Source: a virus. Taken from it: a DNA stretch of 64,000 bases. Location: IMG/VR virus record IMGVR_UViG_3300032753_000003, positions 32,001 through 96,000 of that record; one strand, 5' to 3'. A program made the translations under genes and the position numbers. Of this stretch, positions 16,694 through 26,393 are shown piece by piece (positions within the stretch are counted from its first letter, which is position 1; every line of letters begins with the position of its first letter). The notes below the pieces were generated by a model. The model was not told the origin of the DNA, made no database searches, and saw only the letters and a list, made by a program, of their open reading frames with translations.

Positions 16694-17673
16694 AAATATT
16701 GGATATTTTTAAACCAATAGCAGTCCGTACCAAACCAAACACTGTGGCAGCAAATTGGATAAGCGAAAATGAAAATACTCAATCGCAACTTGAGGATTTG
16801 GTAGCCAGTAAATTTGAGGAAATACGACGTTCTAGAGTAACACTTGCATTGAGAGGCCTGTTGGAGACCTTTGTAAGAAACAACCTCAATACCAGTGAAA
16901 TGCGCAGACTACTGGCTCCCTATAATTTGGATATTGTAAAAAAGATTGATGGGGATTTGAGTGGTAGAGCTATAACAATAGGTGTAAGAGATCTTTGGAA
17001 TTTGCACAAATTAGAATTAGTTACGCCTGAGATGATAAACGCTGTAAACAAAAACAAAGTAACGATTATTAGAGAATTATTGACTGTAATAAAAGATACT
17101 GGTTCTCCGCTTAGTGTCATGGGACTGGTTAGAAATCTCAAAAACGTAGGTATTGATTGGCCAGAACTTGATATTATAGAAAACAGTACAAAACCTAGGT
17201 TAGAAGAGTCTGGTGACGAGTCAACTATGACTGTTGAATCAGATGGAGACAAATTGTGGCGCAATAGTGCAGGTCAGCTGCATCGCGAGGATGGACCTGC
17301 GATCATATATCCAGATGGATATCAGGGATGGTATCACGATGGCAAGCTGCACCGCGAGGACGGGCCTGCTGTGACTGAGCCAGATGGTTCACAATATTGG
17401 TATCAAAATGACCGTCTGCATCGAGAAGATGGGCCTGCGGTTGTTTGGCCATCTGGCACTATGGAATGGTGGCACAATGGCAAAAATATAACAAAAGTAG
17501 CACTGATCGAGTTAGCCCGGGCAGGTGACAAAGCTACCGTGTTAAAACAATTGTTGATACCAATTAAAAAGTATATGTCATTTGATCAATCACTTAAATT
17601 AATAAAATTATTAAAAAATGCAGGTATCGATTGGCCAGAGTTTGCAGCTATAGAAAAGAGTGCAAAAAAATGA
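16690..17673 (+). CDS. DWPEL-module protein (two modules) with three LHREDGPA repeats
   Basis: GIDWPELDII and GIDWPEFAAI flank 23-aa LHREDGPA repeats; MKILDI tag. Confidence 0.75.
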   Translation: MKILDIFKPIAVRTKPNTVAANWISENENTQSQLEDLVASKFEEIRRSRVTLALRGLLETFVRNNLNTSEMRRLLAPYNLDIVKKIDGDLSGRAITIGVRDLWNLHKLELVTPEMINAVNKNKVTIIRELLTVIKDTGSPLSVMGLVRNLKNVGIDWPELDIIENSTKPRLEESGDESTMTVESDGDKLWRNSAGQLHREDGPAIIYPDGYQGWYHDGKLHREDGPAVTEPDGSQYWYQNDRLHREDGPAVVWPSGTMEWWHNGKNITKVALIELARAGDKATVLKQLLIPIKKYMSFDQSLKLIKLLKNAGIDWPEFAAIEKSAKK

Positions 17674-18071
17674 AGATAAATGAAATAGTTGAAAATGCCA
17701 AGAAGAAACTTAATCCCGAGCAAGCCGAAATGCTGTTGGATATTGTCAACCATAAAATAAAAAGAGCCGGTATCTTTATAGCATTATATGACATTGACAC
17801 TTGGGGTCTAACTGTATCTATACTTCCTGAACTAGAACAAATATTAGATGCACACAAAGAATTAATCATCAAGCGCATGCTAAAAAGCATAAAAGCAAAC
17901 GACCACGGGTTAGAAGATACAGAACAAGTGTTGTCTAGGTTAGAACATACTGGTATCAATTGGCTAGAATTGGCAATCATACGACGTAGTTTGGATATCG
18001 AACAAGGCAAGAACATCAATCGCATCAACGAAGCATCAATAGTAAATACTATACTTAAAAAAGGTAATTAA
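17670..18071 (+). CDS. DWPEL-module protein, N-terminal MKINEI tag
   Basis: ATGA overlap at 17670; GINWLELAIIRRSL. Confidence 0.7.
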   Translation: MKINEIVENAKKKLNPEQAEMLLDIVNHKIKRAGIFIALYDIDTWGLTVSILPELEQILDAHKELIIKRMLKSIKANDHGLEDTEQVLSRLEHTGINWLELAIIRRSLDIEQGKNINRINEASIVNTILKKGN

Positions 18072-18072
18072 C

Positions 18073-19335
18073 ATGAAAATGTCCGACGTGATAGTCCTAG
18101 AGGAACAACAAAATATCATCAATGAAAATCTTGGTAATTTGGCACAGCTTCATGTTGGTCCTCTTATCAATGTCTTGAAGCAGACAGGCTATCAGGGTGG
18201 TAAGCGTGGTGGTACAATCATATACCCTGCTGGTGAGAAATTTGCCAAATCTTATGGATATCAAATAGGCAGCACAAGTGAGATTGTGAACATTGGTGTT
18301 CTCAAAGATGGTATCAAAACCCTGCGCAAAGCATTCAAGACGCACGAAGGCGCGCGGGGATTTGCTGTATATATTGGCGATCAAGCTGTGATGTTTGGTA
18401 CTACTGATTCAGGAACACTAGCAGGTGCAAGTAGGTCTGGCAAGTTAGCATACGATCTTACTCCATTTGAAGAAAAGTGGAAAGAATTGCATGTCAAAGG
18501 TTATAAAGGTTGGGGAGAACTCCGTATACCGCCAACTACTACTATAAAAGATCGAGAATCATCTGAATGGGAAGGTAGCAAAAGCATTACCAAAGTTAGA
18601 AAATATTACGGTGATATGATTGACACTGCTACACTGGCAGGAATATTAGACAAAATTGTTACTATTGGTAAAGAACTTAACTTGCCTGTAACAGCCAAGC
18701 TGGTTATGGGAGATGTGATAGGGTATGAAAAACGCAAAGAGCGTTACAGTTTAGCTCAAATTGGTGCAGGTGCTAAAGATCTCAGAACTAGACTGGCTAT
18801 CTACAAAAATCAAAAAAATCCAACTGTGGATACAATAGAAGACTTTGTCAAAATGAGTCTTGAGAACCCAGGTAAGAGCGTGCAGTTTGCAGGTACTACT
18901 TACAAATTGGTCCAGGCGTCATATGACAAAATTGGTGTAATTGATCTGCTCAGCGGCAAATCATTTACTACAGATTACAAGAGCGTTGACCCAGGATCAA
19001 CAGATAGTTTGACCATGACCTATAGATATGATAGATCAAGCAATCAACTTGTACCAATCAAGGCCACATGGTATGATAGGAGAGATCCCGCTAACAAGTA
19101 CAAGAGACAGGAAACGGTCCTCGATGCTAAAGGTTATTTAATAAATGAAATTGGTATACGTAAGTTAGACAAGTCAGTTGTAATACCCAAACTATTAGAG
19201 CTCTTCAAAGCTTCTCAATATGAGAGACTCAAGTTGGCAATAGGTTCTCTAAAAAAGATGGGTGCAGATTGGCCAGAACTTGATACTATACAAAATAGTG
19301 TTAATGTAGAGCTAGCCAAGAAAAACGCTACCTGA
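18073..19335 (+). CDS. Large DWPEL-module protein, N-terminal MKMSDV tag
   Basis: C-terminal GADWPELDTIQNSV. Confidence 0.75.
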   Translation: MKMSDVIVLEEQQNIINENLGNLAQLHVGPLINVLKQTGYQGGKRGGTIIYPAGEKFAKSYGYQIGSTSEIVNIGVLKDGIKTLRKAFKTHEGARGFAVYIGDQAVMFGTTDSGTLAGASRSGKLAYDLTPFEEKWKELHVKGYKGWGELRIPPTTTIKDRESSEWEGSKSITKVRKYYGDMIDTATLAGILDKIVTIGKELNLPVTAKLVMGDVIGYEKRKERYSLAQIGAGAKDLRTRLAIYKNQKNPTVDTIEDFVKMSLENPGKSVQFAGTTYKLVQASYDKIGVIDLLSGKSFTTDYKSVDPGSTDSLTMTYRYDRSSNQLVPIKATWYDRRDPANKYKRQETVLDAKGYLINEIGIRKLDKSVVIPKLLELFKASQYERLKLAIGSLKKMGADWPELDTIQNSVNVELAKKNAT

Positions 19336-19336
19336 T

Positions 19337-20566
19337 ATGTCAGCTAAGTCACTACCTTGTTCCCAAATGTGGGAGAAGTTTATGATAAATGCCATAGAAG
19401 GTTATATCAGAACTTGTTGGGATAGAGACAACTCATATGTTACAGTTGACGAGATACGGCACTTGGGTCCCGATCTCTTCACCAAGCATCCTGATATCAT
19501 CAATGATCGTGAATGTTTCATAGATAAAAATAAATTACCATACAAGTGTAAAATATGTATTAACAATTACGGTAATACTAAAGATAACCTACATAACTTA
19601 TGGAAGAATGATGTATTTGATGAAAATAAATTAGATTCGTTACGAGAAGCTGACCTCATTGATAAGATTGACTTTTACTTAGATAGGACCTGTAACCAAA
19701 CATGTTTATATTGTAACAAGGAACATAGCACAGACTGGGCTAGTTTATTAGGTGAGAAAACTTCTAATAAAAATGTAAATCAAGAATGGCACGACGCTAT
19801 ATTAGATGCATTTTATGCATATATAAAGAGGCGGTTGAGCAGTAACAATGCACCTATAGAATATGGATTTGCAGGCGGAGAACCATTTTTAAATTTAAAT
19901 CTTCCTGATATCATAAACAAGATAATAGATCTACATAGAGTCTACGGTAGAGATACTAAATGCGGATTTGAGTTTACAACCAATCTCAATGTCAAACCGT
20001 TGTTAATTGACAGATTTATTGCAATAGCAAATAAAAATCCTAAATTTGATTGGAAAATATCATGCAGCCTCGATGCCCCTGGTCGAGTAGGTGAGGAGAT
20101 ACGGTCTGGTCTAAATTTCAAAGTTTTTGATGCTAATTTTAGGAAATTACTAAAAGAAACAGACATGCATATAGATATATTACCGTCTATTAGTAACGTC
20201 AGCGTGTCTTCAATGCCATCATTACTTACATACATTATAGAAACTATGGAAGAGTATCAAATACCCGATAATAGATGGAACCTCGGTGCAAATTTGATTA
20301 ACCATCCAACCGCTATGCATGTTAGTACATTACCGATCAGTTATAAACATTACATCGATTTATCTATTAAGCTGGTAGAGGGATCTCATATTGACTATTA
20401 TTTCATACCCTATCTCATGAAGATACACCAATTGATCGGCACTAGGCGAGATAAAGATAGTATAACCAATGTCAAAGAGTTCTTTGAATATAATGGTCGT
20501 TTGAGAGGCAAAGATTATTGGTGTATATTTGAGTCGTTGTCAGATATAGTCTCAGAGAATGCATAG
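19337..20566 (+). CDS. Radical SAM protein
   Basis: CNQTCLYC, FAGGEPF, FTTNL, SCSLD; upstream CxxC. Confidence 0.9.
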   Translation: MSAKSLPCSQMWEKFMINAIEGYIRTCWDRDNSYVTVDEIRHLGPDLFTKHPDIINDRECFIDKNKLPYKCKICINNYGNTKDNLHNLWKNDVFDENKLDSLREADLIDKIDFYLDRTCNQTCLYCNKEHSTDWASLLGEKTSNKNVNQEWHDAILDAFYAYIKRRLSSNNAPIEYGFAGGEPFLNLNLPDIINKIIDLHRVYGRDTKCGFEFTTNLNVKPLLIDRFIAIANKNPKFDWKISCSLDAPGRVGEEIRSGLNFKVFDANFRKLLKETDMHIDILPSISNVSVSSMPSLLTYIIETMEEYQIPDNRWNLGANLINHPTAMHVSTLPISYKHYIDLSIKLVEGSHIDYYFIPYLMKIHQLIGTRRDKDSITNVKEFFEYNGRLRGKDYWCIFESLSDIVSENA

Positions 20567-20600
20567 TTGGGCTACCATAAATATTTAAAAAGGATCAGCC

Positions 20601-21023
20601 ATGAAAGACCATAAAACAAGTCCAAGACTACGTAATCCTCATAAGGAAGTGCGTGCCAACCTCAGCCTAAGTGATAAAGTGGCTATGTGGATCACCGAAA
20701 AAGTTGGTACCATGGGATTCTTTGGTATAATATTTGGGTGGACAGTGCTGTGGCTAAGTTGGAATATGTTTGCTCCTGCAGCATATCAATTTGATCCTTA
20801 CCCTGCATTTGTTCTATGGTTGTTCATTAGCAATCTTATACAAATACTGCTAATGCCTTTGATCATGGTTGGGCAGAATGTGCAAGGACAACATAGCGAA
20901 GCTAGAGCACAACATGATTTAGAAGTCAATGTCAAAGCTGAAGAAGAAATACGTACCATACTCGAGCATCTAGAGAAACAGAACGAGATGCTGATAACGT
21001 TGGTAAAGAAACTAGGCGATTAA
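20601..21023 (+). CDS. DUF1003 membrane protein
   Basis: DKVAMWITEKVGT..FF, FDPYPAF.L, PLIMVGQN.Q. Confidence 0.85.
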   Translation: MKDHKTSPRLRNPHKEVRANLSLSDKVAMWITEKVGTMGFFGIIFGWTVLWLSWNMFAPAAYQFDPYPAFVLWLFISNLIQILLMPLIMVGQNVQGQHSEARAQHDLEVNVKAEEEIRTILEHLEKQNEMLITLVKKLGD

Positions 21024-21107
21024 TAATCTTGCATCAATTAAAAACAGAATGTATATTGTAAACATGAGCTACTAGGTTTCAACCACTAACTTTCGCAAAC
21101 ATAGCGT

Positions 21108-21156
21108 AACCCAGGACGCTGAGATACATTGTGATCTCAGGCCTGGGTTTCTTTTT
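21108..21156 (+). terminator. Terminator-like hairpin in the leader of the 21192 gene
   Basis: AACCCAGG/CCTGGGTT outer stem, CTGAGAT/ATCTCAG inner stem, then TCTTTTT. Confidence 0.7.
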
Positions 21157-21191
21157 GACTCAACGCTAACAATCACACAAGGAGAATCACT

Positions 21192-21779
21192 ATGATAGAA
21201 TTAGCATGTCGCGAAGCAGTATTCCATTTCAACAAGCATCACTTAATTGATCCAACAACTCCCATGTGGGTTGTTAAAACAAAAGGCAAGACCTATATGG
21301 TCAACCATGTTACTGCTACTGTACCGTGGAGTACCAAAGAAACACCAGACAACAATCATACCAAAGGTGCTATCAAATTAAAGAATGCACTGCTAACCAT
21401 TGACGATGACAACTGTGCTGTTCTTTTGGCTCTTAGTAAAAATGATATACTGCGCCTCAAAGCTAAGAAGTGGACCAGAATATTGTTTACTGGCAGTTGG
21501 AAAGACAAGATGGTAGAGTTCTTTCAGGAGCAAAGCATCAAGTTTACACCGTTTAAAAGCGTAAGTGGCGGCTGTGGCAGAACCTATTACATATGCGATA
21601 TAAAAGATTCCAATGACATCGCGCTAATGAAACTGAGCTTTGACCAATCAGCATTTAGAATATTACAAGAAAATGAAGCATATTACAAAGCATATGATAA
21701 TGACAAGTTAAGAAATAGCCTAGATGCAGACGAGGTCGATTATTTTGACTTATATGAAGATGATGAGGATGACCAATAA
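21192..21779 (+). CDS. Hypothetical protein with acidic tail
   Basis: AAGGAG RBS; 195 aa. Confidence 0.8.
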   Translation: MIELACREAVFHFNKHHLIDPTTPMWVVKTKGKTYMVNHVTATVPWSTKETPDNNHTKGAIKLKNALLTIDDDNCAVLLALSKNDILRLKAKKWTRILFTGSWKDKMVEFFQEQSIKFTPFKSVSGGCGRTYYICDIKDSNDIALMKLSFDQSAFRILQENEAYYKAYDNDKLRNSLDADEVDYFDLYEDDEDDQ

Positions 21780-21808
21780 ATATTTGCTATAACAAAAGGA
21801 GAAATGAT

Positions 21809-22036
21809 ATGTTATATTCTTTAGTAGTCGTAGTTAGCATGCATTGGGGTGCTGTACCAACTCAAAGCCATGTTATTACACACAATGATGTAAGTTTGTC
21901 ACAGTGCCAAGCTGAAACTACCAGCTGGATAAATTGGCAGAATGAACTTCGCAAGAAGATGAACGGTAAAGGTGATGTTGCAGTTTATCCAAGTTGCCTA
22001 CCAGAAGGAAGTGGCACCAATTGGTGGAATTGGTAA
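21809..22036 (+). CDS. Small hypothetical protein, hydrophobic N-terminus
   Basis: AAGGAG RBS. Confidence 0.65.
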   Translation: MLYSLVVVVSMHWGAVPTQSHVITHNDVSLSQCQAETTSWINWQNELRKKMNGKGDVAVYPSCLPEGSGTNWWNW

Positions 22037-22042
22037 TAGTTT

Positions 22043-22068
22043 AAAGGGCTCTTAGGAGCCCTTTTTTA
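22043..22068. terminator. Bidirectional intrinsic terminator
   Basis: AAAGGGCTC-TTAG-GAGCCCTTTTTT between convergent genes. Confidence 0.85.
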
Positions 22069-22071
22069 TTA

Positions 22072-22470
22072 TCAAGTTCGATTTGCTATCATGTGATACC
22101 CCACTCTAGTAGGATGCACATGATCTGGTCCTCGTGGTATGTTTACTAGATCTATCATACCGTCGCCGTGTTTGGCAGCAACATCTTTAACTACTTGTCG
22201 TATAGTTGGTTTGATAGCCGGTATCAACCATATTACACGATTGGCTTTTATACTACCTCTAAGTTTCTCTATTTCTTCTCTAGTGATGTTGGGATTCCAA
22301 TCGTTCGATCCAAGGCTTATAATGACTTTGTTAGCACTCATAGTATGAGTTAACCAGCGACGATTCCAATCTCTACTGTTAATTCCAACTTTGGCGTGAA
22401 CTTCGCAGTGCGGCTTGTACCACGACGTTCCAACTGCTATGCTATCTCCCAGTACAAGACATTCTAACAT
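22072..22470 (-). CDS. SGNH/GDSL-like hydrolase
   Basis: VLGDSIAVG, ISLGSND, DHVHP. Confidence 0.85.
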   Translation of the reverse strand: MLECLVLGDSIAVGTSWYKPHCEVHAKVGINSRDWNRRWLTHTMSANKVIISLGSNDWNPNITREEIEKLRGSIKANRVIWLIPAIKPTIRQVVKDVAAKHGDGMIDLVNIPRGPDHVHPTRVGYHMIANRT

Positions 22471-22617
22471 TTGTGTTCTCCTGTGTTAACTATAATTATA
22501 CATTTTTATATGAACAGTCAATTATGCATTTGACGCAGGGCTGCTCTGGTACATTGGCTATTGCTGATTGTTGCAATGCAACATAAATATTGCATAGCAA
22601 TAAAGAGGAGAATAAAA

Positions 22618-22794
22618 ATGATAAGACTGTTATCAAAGATATATGTTATGTTTGAAGGATATAATGCCTATCGCAAGGCCATGATCGAGTTGCAGCGTCT
22701 GTCTGACAGAGATTTAGCTGACATTGGAATTTCTCGCTGCGATATCAAATCAATTGCTAAAAACGCCTGCAATAACAAACTAGCTACTGTTTGA
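22618..22794 (+). CDS. DUF1127 (YjiS-like) small protein
   Basis: ELQRLSDRDLADIGISRCDI; GAGGAG RBS before ATG 22618. Confidence 0.85.
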   Translation: MIRLLSKIYVMFEGYNAYRKAMIELQRLSDRDLADIGISRCDIKSIAKNACNNKLATV

Positions 22795-22852
22795 TTAATT
22801 GATAGACATCTGCTAGATCTTTCTGTAATAATAATGAATAGTGAGGAAGATC

Positions 22853-23098
22853 ATGGCAGATTTAATACAAATACAATCAACCAATCCGTATATATTTGAT
22901 ATTACTCAAGTTGATGGTTATGGTGGAAAAACATATTTGATTTCAGCTTCTGATGATTTACAAGAAATGCTGATTTGGTACAACAAATATAAAGATCAGA
23001 TGATCAAGGAAAGCAAAGCTAGAGAGCGATTTGAATCAGTTGCCATTGCATATGAGCAATATCAAATGACTCTCAAGCTAGTCCTTGATCAGATCTGA
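22853..23098 (+). CDS. Hypothetical protein
   Basis: GAGG RBS before ATG 22853. Confidence 0.65.
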   Translation: MADLIQIQSTNPYIFDITQVDGYGGKTYLISASDDLQEMLIWYNKYKDQMIKESKARERFESVAIAYEQYQMTLKLVLDQI

Positions 23099-23199
23099 TA
23101 GCAACGTTAAACCTATGTAATCCAATGAAATCTATTTAGATAAATTTGTACATCTAATTTATAATGTAAATAAATATAGATATATTACGGAGAAATGCA

Positions 23200-23463
23200 A
23201 TGAACGGAAAGAAGATTTTATCTTTGGCGGTAGCAACATCAATAGTATCTATGCTACAGCTTTCGAGTGCAACAGCGTTTGATAGGTACCATTCTCGAAA
23301 CAACGGTAATTGGGTTGCTCCTGTAATAGGCGGTTTGATCGTTGGTGGTATTATAGCAGGTAGCATGTATGATCCAAATTACGGATATTATAGAACCTGC
23401 AATCAGGTACCAACTTATGATCAGTGGGGGCGGTTTATTTCGTATCAAACTGTTTGTAACTAA
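23200..23463 (+). CDS. Secreted BA14K-like small protein
   Basis: Signal peptide ending SSATA, then GNWVAPVIGGLIVGGIIAG and Cys-containing tail. Confidence 0.55.
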   Translation: MNGKKILSLAVATSIVSMLQLSSATAFDRYHSRNNGNWVAPVIGGLIVGGIIAGSMYDPNYGYYRTCNQVPTYDQWGRFISYQTVCN

Positions 23464-23491
23464 GACCAAATAATTTGTATTTGGAGATTGG

Positions 23492-23965
23492 ATGTGTATG
23501 TCAATTATTAAAACTTCGTTATTATTCTTACTAGTAATAGGATTAATGACAGGTGCATTCTATTGGTATTTCCGATACAGCCAAAACAAGATACAAATAT
23601 TAGAAGAAAACAATGCCAAATTAACCGTAGCAGTGCAAGTTCAAACTGAAACTATTAAAGCTCAAGAAGAATTCAATAAGAAACAGAATCAAAACATATC
23701 CGACCTACAGAATGGATTGCAAAAAGCTTATAGTGATAAGGATGCACTAGTGAGTAAATTGTTCAATACTGATCTAAACTCGCAAGCTCAAAAGAATGCA
23801 AAGGCTGTTGAAAATAAGATAAACGCAGATACATCTAAGTTATTTGATGAATTAGAAGCATTAACTGGTTCTAAAACAGTTAACAAATGTAATTCAACGC
23901 ATACTATAAGATGCAAAAAATCTGCCAAAGTTCCAGATTCAACTACTCAGAGGAATCACCAATGA
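23492..23965 (+). CDS. Putative i-spanin (Rz-like)
   Basis: Single N-terminal TM helix followed by long coiled coil; coupled to a downstream lipoprotein. Confidence 0.65.
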   Translation: MCMSIIKTSLLFLLVIGLMTGAFYWYFRYSQNKIQILEENNAKLTVAVQVQTETIKAQEEFNKKQNQNISDLQNGLQKAYSDKDALVSKLFNTDLNSQAQKNAKAVENKINADTSKLFDELEALTGSKTVNKCNSTHTIRCKKSAKVPDSTTQRNHQ

Positions 23966-24330
23966 CCATTATACGCATCCTACCATTACTAACAGCATCT
24001 GTATTAGGTCTATCGGCTTGCAGTAGCGACACTCCTATCGACGTAACATATACGCCTGCACAGATGGTAATTGAGCAACCTCCAGATCCAGCACCTCTAG
24101 AGTTAAATCGTATCAATTTTCATGTTGTTACTAGAGATAACTTTCAAAAATTTGTCAAAGATCAAACTAAAGTCCAAGGTAGTAAGAATCCTGTATTTGT
24201 TGTCATAAACATGAACGGCTATAAATCTATGAGTTTAGATTTAGCCGAGCTAAAACGCTACATTGAACAACAGCAAAAGATTATCGTGTATTATAAAAAC
24301 TCTACTACTGCCACTACACCTACCGAGTAA
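23962..24330 (+). CDS. Putative o-spanin (Rz1-like lipoprotein)
   Basis: ATGA overlap, GAGGA RBS, lipobox LSAC, Pro-rich segment and C-terminal coiled coil. Confidence 0.7.
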   Translation: MTIIRILPLLTASVLGLSACSSDTPIDVTYTPAQMVIEQPPDPAPLELNRINFHVVTRDNFQKFVKDQTKVQGSKNPVFVVINMNGYKSMSLDLAELKRYIEQQQKIIVYYKNSTTATTPTE

Positions 24331-24384
24331 AATAAAAATCCTCTACCAATAAATATATACATAGAATGTGGTTGAGGATTTCCT

Positions 24385-25113
24385 ATGGTAGAAGACAATT
24401 TTTCCCCGCCGCCGGGTGTCCCCGTAAATGAAGTAATCATTTCGCCACCTCTTAACCAAATTCCTAAACCAGGCATTTCTACCGATAAAATATCCATAGC
24501 TGATTCTAGTAGTCCAATTGTACAAAATGCAGAAGCTACTCTAATAGATAGCACTGCTAACAGTGTCAGTGTTGACGACAAGATGGCTGAAAGAAAGCAG
24601 CATCTAGAAGAACTTAAATTCAAACTGGAAGAACGTAAAGTCGTTCACGACATGAAAGTTGAAATGCGCAAAATAGACTTTGCTGAAAGAGAACAACTCA
24701 AACAGGATAAATTAGTTGGCGCTGGCAATGATCATTGGTTGAAGACCTATTGGCGACCTGCTATGGCATGGCTATATGCTATTATATGTACCTGCGACTT
24801 CGTTGTATTTCCAGTATTATGGAATATGATACAGATATATAACAAACAACCAAATGTAACAGCTTGGGCCCCGCTTACTTTACAGGGCAGTGGGTTCGTT
24901 CACGTGGCATTTGGAGCTATATTAGGCGTGTCGGCATGGTCAAGAGGCAGAGAAACAACTACGGCTATGACAAACACCTATAGTAGTTTTCCAATTGGAA
25001 CTAGTTCTATGAGTTCTATAAGCCCTATGAGTTCCATAGGTGGTAACTATGGTAGCAATTATAGCAGTAGTAATAATAGCTACGGCAATTCATATAGCGG
25101 TTTACCTAGATAA
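24385..25113 (+). CDS. Putative holin (DUF3154/3TM-like) with long N- and C-terminal extensions
   Basis: WRPAMAWLYAIICTCDFVVFP and FGAILGVSAWSRGRE; next to spanins. Confidence 0.7.
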   Translation: MVEDNFSPPPGVPVNEVIISPPLNQIPKPGISTDKISIADSSSPIVQNAEATLIDSTANSVSVDDKMAERKQHLEELKFKLEERKVVHDMKVEMRKIDFAEREQLKQDKLVGAGNDHWLKTYWRPAMAWLYAIICTCDFVVFPVLWNMIQIYNKQPNVTAWAPLTLQGSGFVHVAFGAILGVSAWSRGRETTTAMTNTYSSFPIGTSSMSSISPMSSIGGNYGSNYSSSNNSYGNSYSGLPR

Positions 25114-26280
25114 GTTAGTTGCATTACGCCGAGTATTACCCCATTGTATAATAGAAACACTGTCTGTTGGTAATAATTTTCGCCACGGGTATATCACAAC
25201 TGATCCTTTAGCCATCTGTTCTAATTTATTACTATTATCAACGTCATGTGCAAGCAGATAAACAGCAGGGTTGTCTAAGATTGTATCGTAAGTTACTGTT
25301 GATCCATGCTCTATACAGTAATGTCCAACCAACTTGCTATAGCTTCCATCTGTGTACGGTACTCCTGGTTTGAAGCTCTCGCCTAGTATTACGATAGGTA
25401 AACCAACCTTAACCAACGCTTTGGCTATGTGTTCGGCTTGTACTTCTCTAGCGCGCATAATAGCATCAAACAGGTCGTACCCTAGATCCAATTCAGAAGC
25501 TAACCATCTCAATGCAATATTATCCCTGGGATGACAGGGACCACCGTCTCCCATCCCCGGTCTCATATATGAAGGTCCCATAATCCTCTTGGTACTATTA
25601 GCTAATGCATCTGCTACTATGTCTACGTTTATGTTGCCGATCTTCTCTGCAACATCTTGTATCATGTTAACCAAACCTAATTTAGCCGATATAAACGTAT
25701 TATAGAATATCTTTGTGCATTCCATCTCTTCCCAGGTTCCAACAATTATCCTAGGATTGTTTTCCGTAAGAGTTTTATAAAATCCAATCAAATTGTTGAT
25801 TTTATCATCTATAATACCCGACTCGTTACCTATCATTATCATTTCTGGATTTACCATGTCATATTCGACACTTCCCATAGCAATCAAGTAAGGGTTATAA
25901 ACAAAATACGAGTTTGGTATGATATTACTCAATTCTCTGCGAGTAGTACCCGGTAACACTGTGCTGATCAAAACAACTGTTTGATCTACAGTTAAAAGAT
26001 GGCTGATACTGTGTAATACATCTTTTACATAACTATAATCAAAATCTTTGTTTTCTAGATGGCTGCTAGGTTTGCTACCATCATATCGCGGATCGTGAGG
26101 CGTTTGCACAGCTATGAATATTATATCAGTATCTTTTACAACATCATCTAAACTATCAACAATAACAATTTGGTCACTTGTTACAGGTTTTATATCATAC
26201 CCTTTGACAGGATAATTTTTGGACATACATTCTGCTACTATTAACCCAAGTTTACCTAAACCTATAAATCCAATATTCAC
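25102..26280 (-). CDS. ugd: UDP-glucose/GDP-mannose dehydrogenase
   Basis: GFIGLGKLG, YNP, ECTKIFYNTF, GMGDGGPCHPRD, FKPG. Confidence 0.92.
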   Translation of the reverse strand: MNIGFIGLGKLGLIVAECMSKNYPVKGYDIKPVTSDQIVIVDSLDDVVKDTDIIFIAVQTPHDPRYDGSKPSSHLENKDFDYSYVKDVLHSISHLLTVDQTVVLISTVLPGTTRRELSNIIPNSYFVYNPYLIAMGSVEYDMVNPEMIMIGNESGIIDDKINNLIGFYKTLTENNPRIIVGTWEEMECTKIFYNTFISAKLGLVNMIQDVAEKIGNINVDIVADALANSTKRIMGPSYMRPGMGDGGPCHPRDNIALRWLASELDLGYDLFDAIMRAREVQAEHIAKALVKVGLPIVILGESFKPGVPYTDGSYSKLVGHYCIEHGSTVTYDTILDNPAVYLLAHDVDNSNKLEQMAKGSVVIYPWRKLLPTDSVSIIQWGNTRRNATNLSR

Positions 26281-26393
26281 GTTGATCTCCTAATAAATCA
26301 TGCAAACGACATTATGTGTTGTATAAGACAATTCATTTGGAGAATATCTCCCCAAATATCAAATTCACATAATATTTAATAGATATGAAAGTT

